Part shown: one piece after another, positions 29,148-37,949 of the stretch
Layout of the letters: every line of letters starts with the position of its first letter
Numbering within the stretch: the first letter of the stretch is position 1
Source: Candidatus Nomurabacteria bacterium RIFCSPHIGHO2_01_FULL_37_25
GTDB taxonomy: Bacteria > Patescibacteriota > Minisyncoccia > Phycocordibacterales > UBA9973
Reading direction: 5' to 3'
DNA: 64,000 bases
Assembly: GCA_001786765.1 (NCBI GenBank)
Contig: MFTH01000013.1
Span: 19,974 to 83,973, forward strand
Position numbers and translations under genes: made by a program
The notes under the pieces: generated by a model
The model's database searches: none
Told to the model about the DNA's origin: nothing
What the model saw: the letters and a program-made list of their open reading frames with translations, nothing else

Positions 29148-30938
29148 ATGTTGCTTTTATTCATTTCATTTATTGCGGGAGTTTTAACAATACTGGCTCC
29201 ATGTATATTACCCCTTCTTCCGGTGATTGTCGGGCATTCTATCACGGATACTACTCCAAGCAGAAGAAGACTTTTTGTGGTTGTGGCATCTCTCTCAATT
29301 TCAATTGTGCTTTTCACCCTTCTTCTCAAAGCAAGCTCTTTACTCATTAATATCCCGGAAGATTTTTGGAAATGGATTTCTGGCGGGATTATTTTTTTAT
29401 TCGGCCTAACTATGGTTTTTCCAAGTCTGTGGGAAAAGTTTTCCTTTGCAAATACTTTAAGTTTGAAATCAAATAAAGTTTTAACAAAAGGATATCAAAA
29501 GAATAGTATTTTTGGAGATATAATCATCGGCGCATCGCTCGGACCTATTTTTTCCGCTTGCAGTCCGACATATTTTGTTATCTTAGCAACGGTCTTACCC
29601 GTCTCACCTTTATTAGGAATTGTCTATCTCTTTGCTTATGTTTTAGGCTTGTCGCTTGCTCTTATTGTCATTGCTCTTTTAGGTGAACATATTATGGCAA
29701 AAGTCGGTAAAGTTTCAGATCCGAGAGGATGGTTCAAAAAGATATTTGGAATTATTTTCATTTTAGTCGCCATAGCTATCATTTCGGGATACGACAAAAA
29801 ACTTCAGATCAGTCTGCTTGACGCAGGATTTTTAGATGTAACCAAAATTGAACAAAAGCTGTTAGAAAAAAATGATAAAAAAAATGCAAGTATAAATATA
29901 AATGATACTTCAAACGCAAAAGAGAATGCTGAAATTCCTGACAAAATCAAGTCAAACAAAGAGTCATTCTTAAGCATTAAAGAAAAAAATAAAAAATATG
30001 TCCTTGCTCCTGAAATAAGCACTCCCGACGATTTCATAAACACCTCTCGACTAAACTCGGGGCAAGCAAGCCCCATAACCATAAGCGAATTTAAGGGTAA
30101 AAAGGTTGTGTTATTAGATATTTGGACATATAGCTGTATAAATTGCCAACGCACTATTCCATATCTAAACAAGTGGTATAAAGAATATGAAGACGAAGGG
30201 CTTGTTATCATCGGTCTCCACACCCCAGAATTTTCTTTTGAAAAAATCCAAAAGAATGTTGAGAAAGCTGTAAAAGATTTCGGTATAAAATATCCTGTGG
30301 TGTTGGATAATGATTTTTCTACTTGGCAAGCTTACAAGAATCAATACTGGCCTAGGAAATACCTGATAGACATAGATGGATATATCGTCTATGACCATGC
30401 TGGAGAAGGTCAATACGAAGAAACAGAAATTGCGATACAAAAAACTCTGAGAGAACGAGCAGATAGACTAGATATGAATGTAGAATTATCTTCAAATATA
30501 TCAAGTCCAGAAAATGTCGTATCTGTGGAATCTGGCAAGGTAAGAAGTCCAGAAATATATTTTGGGTCAGCGAGAAATGAATATTTTGCAAATGGAGTTA
30601 AGGGCCAAACGGGCGAACAAAATCTTTTGATTCCTTCCTCAATATCTCCAAATAAACTCTATCTTAATGGCACGTGGAACATAACTTCCGAATACGCTGA
30701 AAGCAAAAATGCGGGAAGTATTATTTTTAATTATGAAGCCAAAAATGTCTATATGGCAGCCGGATCACCTGAAGGGGTGGAAATAGAAATTTATAAAGAT
30801 GATGTGTTTGTAAAAAAGATAACTATTAAAGACGAAACGCTTTACACACTCATACAAGATACAGATTATGGAAAGCATGTTTTGCGTATAGTGATACCTA
30901 AAGCAGGCTTACAAGCTTTTACATTTACTTTCGGGTGA
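29148..30938 (+). CDS. DipZ-like CcdA + thioredoxin fusion
   Basis: APCILP and SACSP TM cysteines; WTYSCINC, HTPEFSFE, YWP, FTFG. Confidence 0.9.
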   Translation: MLLLFISFIAGVLTILAPCILPLLPVIVGHSITDTTPSRRRLFVVVASLSISIVLFTLLLKASSLLINIPEDFWKWISGGIIFLFGLTMVFPSLWEKFSFANTLSLKSNKVLTKGYQKNSIFGDIIIGASLGPIFSACSPTYFVILATVLPVSPLLGIVYLFAYVLGLSLALIVIALLGEHIMAKVGKVSDPRGWFKKIFGIIFILVAIAIISGYDKKLQISLLDAGFLDVTKIEQKLLEKNDKKNASININDTSNAKENAEIPDKIKSNKESFLSIKEKNKKYVLAPEISTPDDFINTSRLNSGQASPITISEFKGKKVVLLDIWTYSCINCQRTIPYLNKWYKEYEDEGLVIIGLHTPEFSFEKIQKNVEKAVKDFGIKYPVVLDNDFSTWQAYKNQYWPRKYLIDIDGYIVYDHAGEGQYEETEIAIQKTLRERADRLDMNVELSSNISSPENVVSVESGKVRSPEIYFGSARNEYFANGVKGQTGEQNLLIPSSISPNKLYLNGTWNITSEYAESKNAGSIIFNYEAKNVYMAAGSPEGVEIEIYKDDVFVKKITIKDETLYTLIQDTDYGKHVLRIVIPKAGLQAFTFTFG

Positions 30939-30943
30939 ATTCC

Positions 30944-30976
30944 CCCTCTTTCGTTTTTAGTTACGAAAAAAAGAGG
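30944..30976. terminator. Hairpin between convergent genes, possible bidirectional terminator
   Basis: CCTCTTT...AAAGAGG imperfect stem. Confidence 0.4.
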
Positions 30977-31019
30977 CTACGAGATTTCTCCCGCAACCCC
31001 TATTATGCCGTCTCGCCTA

Positions 31020-31307
31020 CTAGAAGTACGAGTCGGCAGTGAAATGGTAGCCACAGCAAAGGCAGAGTGCAAGGTGGTAGTTCGTAACATGATCTTCCAC
31101 TCTCCCGCATTTTTTGCAGTATTTAGTCTGCACTTCTTTACTCCTCGCCATCGGCTTTCCACAACACCTAGTAATCCAGTATGTCTTCTTACCGAAGATC
31201 CCTGGGTTTGGCTCCATACGCTTCTCGCCCAGGACATCCCACTCGGGCCCATGGTCAAGACACTGACCGTGTAGACACTTCTGATATACAGAATTGTTAT
31301 AGTCCAT
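31020..31307 (-). CDS. Small Cys-rich (zinc-ribbon-like) hypothetical protein
   Basis: Strong SD GAAAGGAGG before ATG; CCGKPM, CKKC, CLCCG. Confidence 0.7.
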   Translation of the reverse strand: MDYNNSVYQKCLHGQCLDHGPEWDVLGEKRMEPNPGIFGKKTYWITRCCGKPMARSKEVQTKYCKKCGRVEDHVTNYHLALCLCCGYHFTADSYF

Positions 31308-31556
31308 AACAATCCTCCTTTCTGGCCACCTGTTTTCTTAGGTGCCAATTACTATAATACACAAAAATAAGTAAATGTTAAGGTCCCGAATGAAAACAAA
31401 AATCAGCATCTCTGCTGTTTCTTATTTCAACTTTTGCGGACTCAGAGATTAAAAAATTTTCTTTTCGCAATTATACCTGAATAATTAAAAAACTTTGTGG
31501 TTTCGACTGTTTATAGCTTTAAATTTGAATTCAAACTTATGGTAGACTCGTATCTT

Positions 31557-31588
31557 GTTTACACTGAGCGAGTGTAACGAGTCGAAGT
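31557..31588 (-). repeat. REP-like hairpin CTTCGACTCGTTACACTCGCTCAGTGTAAAC at tRNA-Lys 3' end
   Basis: TTACACT/AGTGTAA stem; CTTCGA...CTCAG motif related to 47141-47164 and 30043-30068. Confidence 0.6.
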
Positions 31589-31589
31589 G

Positions 31590-31662
31590 TGCGCCCGGTT
31601 GGGATCGAACCAACGACCTTATCCTTAAAAGGGATCTGCTCTACCGACTGAGCTACGGGCGC
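31590..31662 (-). tRNA. tRNA-Lys(TTT), CCA not encoded
   Basis: GCGCCCG...CGGGCGC-A; loop CT-TTT-AA; T-loop TTCGATC. Confidence 0.93.
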
Positions 31663-31733
31663 GTATTATTTATTCGTAAAAAATAACTTATGAATATAAA
31701 ATATATATGAAATAAGCCTAAAAATCAAGGTAT

Positions 31734-32420
31734 TTAAAAAGCTTTTAGTAAAAATTGCTCAAAGAGGCTCTCAGCATCACGACCTTCCTTGCGAGCTTTT
31801 GGTAAAAGATAAGAAAGACGAGAAGCGAAATCCTTAAGTTCAGGCTCGGAAAATTTACTAAAATTTTTTGTTATCAACATATTCTTAATTTTCCAAAAAA
31901 GAACCCCAATAAGCTCTTCCATTCCGACTCCCCTGTCCATCGCTTCTCGAAAACAAATCCACGTATTCAACTTGTCTTTTCTGCTAAAAGCATTGGCTAC
32001 TAAAAAATTATCATATTTTTCTTTCTTTTCTTTTGGTAATTCAAAAATATTTATAGCAGATACGCTCTCTGTTCTAACAGACAGAACTTTCTTGAAAGCA
32101 TCCAATATAGGTTTATTTAATTTACCTTCCAGAAATATAAAAGAATTAGTCGATTCTTCCATTAACTTTAACTTGTCTAAAATAAAATTTCTTATTTCTT
32201 CGTACTCAAAAACGTTTTGAAAAATCACTGCGGATTTTGTGGAAAAAAGACTAGAACCAGAATAAAAACTCTCTATAATAATAGGGTCAAAATCATTTCG
32301 ATTTATAAAAAAAAGTCCTGTGTCTTTCGAAATCCCAGTCCGCGCAGACAAGGATTTTATGAATTTTTCATAAGAGAGAAGTTTGTTTTTTGTGTCATCC
32401 CCCGAAAAAAGATATATCAT
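31734..32420 (-). CDS. Short DNA polymerase III delta (HolA)-like protein
   Basis: MIYLFSGDD start, SLFSTKSAV, helical C-terminus ending EQFLL. Confidence 0.65.
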   Translation of the reverse strand: MIYLFSGDDTKNKLLSYEKFIKSLSARTGISKDTGLFFINRNDFDPIIIESFYSGSSLFSTKSAVIFQNVFEYEEIRNFILDKLKLMEESTNSFIFLEGKLNKPILDAFKKVLSVRTESVSAINIFELPKEKKEKYDNFLVANAFSRKDKLNTWICFREAMDRGVGMEELIGVLFWKIKNMLITKNFSKFSEPELKDFASRLSYLLPKARKEGRDAESLFEQFLLKAF

Positions 32421-32426
32421 ATTTAA

Positions 32427-32885
32427 TTAAAACTTGAATAATTTTTTATATTCCATATAAGCTATGCCGTATTTATTTATCAGAATTCTGTCGTGCTTAT
32501 CGATAAATATAAATTTAGAAATGAAAAAAGAAATAATAGTAAACAAAATTACAAAAAAAGAATTAGTTATAATGCCGAAACCAAGAATCAAGAAAAAGAG
32601 CCCCCATTGGGTAGGAATCCGGGTGTAATAATATGGTCCACGACGAAAATGTTCTGCTTTTACTTCTCCTATTTTCCTTAATTCTCGGCCAGTTTTTTGC
32701 GCCCATAATATAATAATAGTAGCTAATATTAAAAAAAGGAAACCGACTGGTATCATGGTAGAATTTGAAAAAACAGTATAATCAAAAAAAAGGTCCAGAC
32801 AAATACCAACTAAAAGTAAAACAAAGTAAATAGTATATGAATGCGCCAAAACCTTATGCACATTATGTTTATTATTGGTTTCCAC
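32427..32885 (-). CDS. ICMT/PEMT-like membrane methyltransferase family protein
   Basis: GPYYYTRIP motif, 4 TMs, KYG.AY.EYKK; GTG start 6 nt after TATAAT. Confidence 0.7.
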   Translation of the reverse strand: METNNKHNVHKVLAHSYTIYFVLLLVGICLDLFFDYTVFSNSTMIPVGFLFLILATIIILWAQKTGRELRKIGEVKAEHFRRGPYYYTRIPTQWGLFFLILGFGIITNSFFVILFTIISFFISKFIFIDKHDRILINKYGIAYMEYKKLFKF

Positions 32886-32902
32886 TTTTTTATTATACCA
32901 CA

Positions 32903-33033
32903 AATCACAAAACTCATAAAAATATCAACTTTCTTCCGGTACGGATTTTTTGAAGCTTAAAAAATCCTGAAGTTCTCGGCTCGACAGCCTCGAAACCCCT
33001 GCAGAAAGTTATATTTTTAGGGTTTTGTGATTC
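32903..33033. mobile_element. Y-shaped MITE/REP-like element, arm type A, copy 2 (core reversed)
   Basis: Reverse-complement match to 20081-20210; 4 bp from polA stop. Confidence 0.88.
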
Positions 33034-33037
33034 ACGA

Positions 33038-35470
33038 TTATTTAACTTCTCCGAAATTGTTACCAAAACCAGAATGCACTTCGAGAGGAATGTCGGTTTT
33101 ATAATGTAAATATGATCTCTCTAGCACACCGTTCATAGCGTTTTTTATTATTTTATCAGCTTTTGACAATACACTTTCTTCTATTTCATAAACTAATTCA
33201 TCATGAATTTGAAGCACAAGATGAACTTTATCTAAAATTCCCGCCTTTTTAATATCCTCTTCTATATACCTTATGGCAAGCTTGATAATGTCAGCCGTGG
33301 CAGTACCTTGAATCGGCGCATTAGTGGCAGTACGTTCTGCCATATTTTTCAAAAATGGAATTTTAGAATTTATATTTGGGAAATATCTGCGTCTGCCAAA
33401 TAAAGTCTCAGTAAAAGATTTTTCTCTCGCAAATTTCTTTACTTCTTCTAAGTAATTTCGCACTCCCGAGAATTGATTGAAATAATTATCATAAAACTTT
33501 TGCGCTTCCTCGCGTGTATTTTCCCGTCCTCCAGCGTGGCCTCCGAGGTTTTTCCGCAGGGCTGTTACCCCCATACCATAAATTATGCCGAAGTTTATCA
33601 CTTTCGCTTTACGACGCATTTCGCTGTCTACTTTTTCTATCGGCACACCGAAAACGAAAGACGCTACGCCAGCATGCGGGTCTTTTTTCTCACGAAAAAT
33701 CTGCGTCATTTTTTTATCATTAGAGAGCATCGCCGCCACCCGGAGCTCGATCTGGCTGTAATCAAAAGCGCAAAGCTTGTAACCTTTTTGCGCCACAAAA
33801 CCATTTCGAATTCTTTTACCCAATTCTGTCTTTATTGGTAAATTTTGCAAATTTGGATCTTGAGAAGAAAATCTTCCTGTTGTTGAACCATTTTGTAAGA
33901 ATTTTGCATGTAATCTATTGTCAACACCAACCATTTTTGGAATCACATCAATATAAGTAGAGAGTAATTTTTGTAATTCCCTATAAGCAAGTATTTCTTT
34001 TACTATCGGGTTTGTTTCTTCTAATTCTTCTAAAACTGAAACCTTAGTGGAAAAAGAACCGGTAGCATTTTTCTTTTTACCAGACTTCATGCCCATCTTG
34101 CCAAAAAGCACTTCGCTCATTTGTTTGGGTGAGTTGATGTTAAACTCAGTACCTGCCATTTTATAAATTTTATATGTTAATTTATCTAATTCTTTATGAT
34201 ACTCTTGTGAGAGTTTCTCAAAATATTTTTTGTCTATTAAAATTCCATAATCCTCCATCTCTTTTACTATATGCATTATTGGACGTTCTATTTCTTCAAA
34301 AACTTTATCTAGTTTGTCATCCTTTAACTTTTTGAAAATATAAGTGTAAGCAACATCAAATGAATCAGTATTGGCAAACATTAAAATATCTTCTAGTTTT
34401 GGATTTGAAATATCAGAATTTATAAGCCAAAGAGCAATGCTGGCTTCTTGAAGCTTTTGAAGCGAAATTGATTCCTTATTTCCCTCCTGCACCTCACCCG
34501 GCCTTTCGGCCACCCTCTCCTTAGTAAGGAGAGGGGCTGGGGGTGAGGTCTTCTTTTCTCCAAAAAAGCTTTTCAGCCTTGCAAACAAAGAGCGGAATTC
34601 AAAAAGCTGAAAAATTTGTTCTATTTTTTTTAAATCCGCATTTTCCCAAAAAGTTTTTGCAGGCAGAATAAAATTTATCGTTGCGTCTGTCCGAATAGTC
34701 GCCAAAGTTTTAGAAAAAAGCGCTTCTTCTTCATTATTTTTCAAAAGTTCTATTACCCTAGGACTAAAACCAGCTTTTATAAAAGACTCCTCGTCTTTCT
34801 TAATTTTTTTATAAATTTCTTCAACCGCGCCGAAATTTAAAATTAAACTCGCCGCTGTTTTTTCGCCAATTCCTTTGATGCCAATAATATTATCCGACGG
34901 GTCGCCCCGGAGTCCTTTGTAGTCCGGCAAAAATTTCGGCCCGAAACCAAACCGCTCCACAACTTTATTTTCGTCATATAAAATAGTGTCATTGATTCCC
35001 TTCTTCAGGGTGTACACTTGAACTTTTTTGTCATTTATCAATTGCATAGTATCCATATCACCCGAAGCAATGATGATTTTTAAATCATTATTCTGTTTGT
35101 ATTTAGAAACAATTGTTCCGAGCACATCATCTGCCTCAAAGCCTAGAGCGTCATAAATAGGCACATTGAAAGCTTCAAAAATCTGGCGAGATTTTTTTAA
35201 TTGCATAACCAAAGCTTCATCAGTCTTGGCTCGACCAGCCTTGTAAGCGTCATACGCTTCGTGCCGAAAAGTCTTGCCGGGCAAATCATAACAAGCAACA
35301 ATATAATCCGGCTTCAAGTCATCTATAATCTTCATTAGCATTGTGGAAAGACCATACAATGCTCCAGTAGGTTCACCTTTAGATGATAAAAATTCCGGCA
35401 AGGCATGATAAGCGCGATGTATTATTGCATGAGCATCTAGTAATACGAGAGTTTTAGTATCTTTGGACAT
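33038..35470 (-). CDS. polA: DNA polymerase I (5'-3' exonuclease + polymerase; little 3'-5' exo region)
   Basis: FEADD, GDPSDNI, DYSQIELR, NFGIIYG, QGTATAD, QIHDEL. Confidence 0.97.
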   Translation of the reverse strand: MSKDTKTLVLLDAHAIIHRAYHALPEFLSSKGEPTGALYGLSTMLMKIIDDLKPDYIVACYDLPGKTFRHEAYDAYKAGRAKTDEALVMQLKKSRQIFEAFNVPIYDALGFEADDVLGTIVSKYKQNNDLKIIIASGDMDTMQLINDKKVQVYTLKKGINDTILYDENKVVERFGFGPKFLPDYKGLRGDPSDNIIGIKGIGEKTAASLILNFGAVEEIYKKIKKDEESFIKAGFSPRVIELLKNNEEEALFSKTLATIRTDATINFILPAKTFWENADLKKIEQIFQLFEFRSLFARLKSFFGEKKTSPPAPLLTKERVAERPGEVQEGNKESISLQKLQEASIALWLINSDISNPKLEDILMFANTDSFDVAYTYIFKKLKDDKLDKVFEEIERPIMHIVKEMEDYGILIDKKYFEKLSQEYHKELDKLTYKIYKMAGTEFNINSPKQMSEVLFGKMGMKSGKKKNATGSFSTKVSVLEELEETNPIVKEILAYRELQKLLSTYIDVIPKMVGVDNRLHAKFLQNGSTTGRFSSQDPNLQNLPIKTELGKRIRNGFVAQKGYKLCAFDYSQIELRVAAMLSNDKKMTQIFREKKDPHAGVASFVFGVPIEKVDSEMRRKAKVINFGIIYGMGVTALRKNLGGHAGGRENTREEAQKFYDNYFNQFSGVRNYLEEVKKFAREKSFTETLFGRRRYFPNINSKIPFLKNMAERTATNAPIQGTATADIIKLAIRYIEEDIKKAGILDKVHLVLQIHDELVYEIEESVLSKADKIIKNAMNGVLERSYLHYKTDIPLEVHSGFGNNFGEVK
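34491..34549. repeat. Y-shaped CCCTCTCC/GGAGAGGG element inserted in frame in polA
   Basis: ACCTCACCC/GGGTGAGGT outer stem, two inner hairpins; sibling at 59676-59733. Confidence 0.9.
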
Positions 35471-35589
35471 TACGAAATTATAACAATAAACGAGGAGTAT
35501 AAACAAATTTGTTTATTTACTGTTTGAGAGTTTCGTAATTTACGATTATGTGGTAATCCATATAACTTTAATATATACTTTATACATAA

Positions 35590-37287
35590 ATGGCAACTTT
35601 TGATGAAGAAAAACAAAATAAACAACTGGATGATTTGTATAAAAAAGAAGAAGAACAGCTTGTGGCAAGCTTGGCAGAATCAAAATACAATCTTCCTTAT
35701 ATTGATTTATATCGTCTAGGCATAGACAATGAAGCTTTAAGAAGCATACCGGAAGCCGAGGCTAGAGAAATGAAAGTCGCGCCTTTTAAGCTTTTTGGAG
35801 AAAATATTTTCATCGCTGTTCGTTCGCCTTCGGATAATTTATTTAAAAAGTTAAAAGATGAAATGGAAAGACATAGCTTGAAACCTACTTTTTATATGGT
35901 ATCTAACGCAAGCTTAAATAAAGTCTGGGATAGATATAAAGAAATCTCACTGGCTGAAAGTTCCCAAGTTGGCGGACTGGACATATCTTCTGAAGTTTTA
36001 AGAGAGACAGCAAAAAAAATTGAATACTTACAAGATATTTCAAAGCTAATAACAGAAGCGTTGGAAGGAAATAAAATTCATAAAATTTCTCACCTCCTTG
36101 AAATAATTCTGGCTGGCGCCATAGCTATTAAAGCTTCAGATATACACATAGAACCAGAAAAAGACAGAGGACGATTGCGCTTGCGTCTGGACGGTGTGCT
36201 CCAAGATACAAATTTCTTTGGACTGGATATATATCGTCTGCTTAATTCACGCATCAAGCTTCTCTCTGGAATGAAGTTAATTTCAAAAATTGCGCAAGAT
36301 GGACGTTTTAGCATTATGGAAGGAAAAGAAGAAATAAACGTTCGTACTTCTCTGATTCCCGGAGCATATGGTGAATCAATTGTTATGCGTATCTTGGACA
36401 CAAAATCCATTCAAGTGCAACTGGGGGAATTAGGAATAGAATCCTATCTTTTTTCTGTGATACAACAAGAAATTACCAAACCAAATGGTTTAATTTTAGT
36501 CACCGGTCCAACCGGATCAGGAAAAACAACCACTCTTTACGCTTTCTTGCGAAAAATTTATTCTCCAGATATAAAAATAATAACCATTGAGGACCCAATA
36601 GAATATCATTTACCCGGTATAACTCAAACTCAAGTAAACGACGCAAAAGGTTATACTTTTTTGGAAGGGTTAAGTTCAGCCTTGCGTCAAGACCCAGATG
36701 TGATAATGGTGGGTGAAATACGTGATGCAGAAACAGCTGAAGTTGCCGTGCAAGCGTCACTCACTGGTCATATAGTTTTTTCAACTCTTCATACTAACAA
36801 TGCCGCCGGTGTTATACCGCGTCTGATTGATCTTAAAGTAAATCCAAAGATTTTGGTATCAGCTTTAACGCTTTCTTTAGCCCAGCGTTTAGTGCGCAAA
36901 CTCTGCTTAATTTGTAAAAAAGAATACATTCCTACAGAAAAAGAAAATCAAACAATAAAATTAATTATGGATGGTATCAAAGAAGAGGGCAAAAACTTTG
37001 CAGATTATAAAATAAATCCGGATATGCCTATAAAAATCTTCTCAGCGACAGGTTGCGAAAAATGCAACTCGACCGGATATAAAGGGCAAATTGGTATTTT
37101 TGAAGCAATAAAAACTGACGAAAGTATAGAAAAAATAATTCCAGAAAATCCAAGCGAACGAGAAATTAAAAAATTAGCAAGCAAGCAAGGGATACTTTCT
37201 ATGCGACAAGATGGCATTGTAAAAATCTTAAACGGCATCACCTCATTAGAAGAAGTGCAGAGTGTAGTTAATTTGAATGAGGAATAA
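35590..37287 (+). CDS. PilB/GspE-family type IV pilus assembly ATPase
   Basis: ASDIHIEP, GPTGSGKTT, EDPIE, LRQDPD, STLHTN, CxxC pairs. Confidence 0.93.
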   Translation: MATFDEEKQNKQLDDLYKKEEEQLVASLAESKYNLPYIDLYRLGIDNEALRSIPEAEAREMKVAPFKLFGENIFIAVRSPSDNLFKKLKDEMERHSLKPTFYMVSNASLNKVWDRYKEISLAESSQVGGLDISSEVLRETAKKIEYLQDISKLITEALEGNKIHKISHLLEIILAGAIAIKASDIHIEPEKDRGRLRLRLDGVLQDTNFFGLDIYRLLNSRIKLLSGMKLISKIAQDGRFSIMEGKEEINVRTSLIPGAYGESIVMRILDTKSIQVQLGELGIESYLFSVIQQEITKPNGLILVTGPTGSGKTTTLYAFLRKIYSPDIKIITIEDPIEYHLPGITQTQVNDAKGYTFLEGLSSALRQDPDVIMVGEIRDAETAEVAVQASLTGHIVFSTLHTNNAAGVIPRLIDLKVNPKILVSALTLSLAQRLVRKLCLICKKEYIPTEKENQTIKLIMDGIKEEGKNFADYKINPDMPIKIFSATGCEKCNSTGYKGQIGIFEAIKTDESIEKIIPENPSEREIKKLASKQGILSMRQDGIVKILNGITSLEEVQSVVNLNEE

Positions 37288-37385
37288 AAATTGTAAAACT
37301 TCACGCTATAGCGTATTTATAGACAATAATTTTTCATTCTAAAATTCCCTTAAAAACAAATACGGCTGTTGCTTTGTTTTGTTGT

Positions 37386-37853
37386 TCATGTTTTAGGTAG
37401 ATACAATGATTCCAGAATATCGTAACGGCTCACCACGCCAACTACTTCTCTTTTCTTATTAATAACAGGAATAGGGTTTACTCTATGATGATCTCGAAAG
37501 GCAATAACCGCTTCTTCAAAAGTGGCGTCCTCATCAAGGGTAAGGGGTTCAGAATTCATGACATCGCTCACTCGCAGAGAGGCTATTTCTTCAAATGTCT
37601 CTTTGAATGTTGCTTTGTCTTTGTTGTATACTTTCACATCTTGTAGAACAATTTGCAAAGTCGGCAGATGCACGGCTGATCCTTTGCTAATTAAATCATA
37701 TTCAGTAAGAATTCCTACCAACTTATTATTCTTATCTACAACCGGCATACCATCAAAACTATGCTCGGCAAGTATCCGCGCGACTTCAATGAGTGGTGTA
37801 TCAAGAGAAACCGATACTACTTCTTCGATCATTATATTTTTTACAGAATTCAT
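37386..37853 (-). CDS. CBS-domain pair protein
   Basis: PVVD..LVGILTEYDL; PVIN..VVGVVSRYDIL. Confidence 0.9.
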   Translation of the reverse strand: MNSVKNIMIEEVVSVSLDTPLIEVARILAEHSFDGMPVVDKNNKLVGILTEYDLISKGSAVHLPTLQIVLQDVKVYNKDKATFKETFEEIASLRVSDVMNSEPLTLDEDATFEEAVIAFRDHHRVNPIPVINKKREVVGVVSRYDILESLYLPKT

Positions 37854-37949
37854 ATCATTTTTTTATTTTAATCTACTCCGGACAAGTATGCAGCGTAGTA
37901 AGAATCAAACAAAAGCAATCGCGGATGATTTTTGGAGCGGGGAAGATTT

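Noticed and set aside
30977-31348. 123-aa minus-strand and 89-aa plus-strand ORFs overlapping the Cys-rich gene
   Set aside because: Only the 31020-31307 frame has an SD and coherent Cys motifs.
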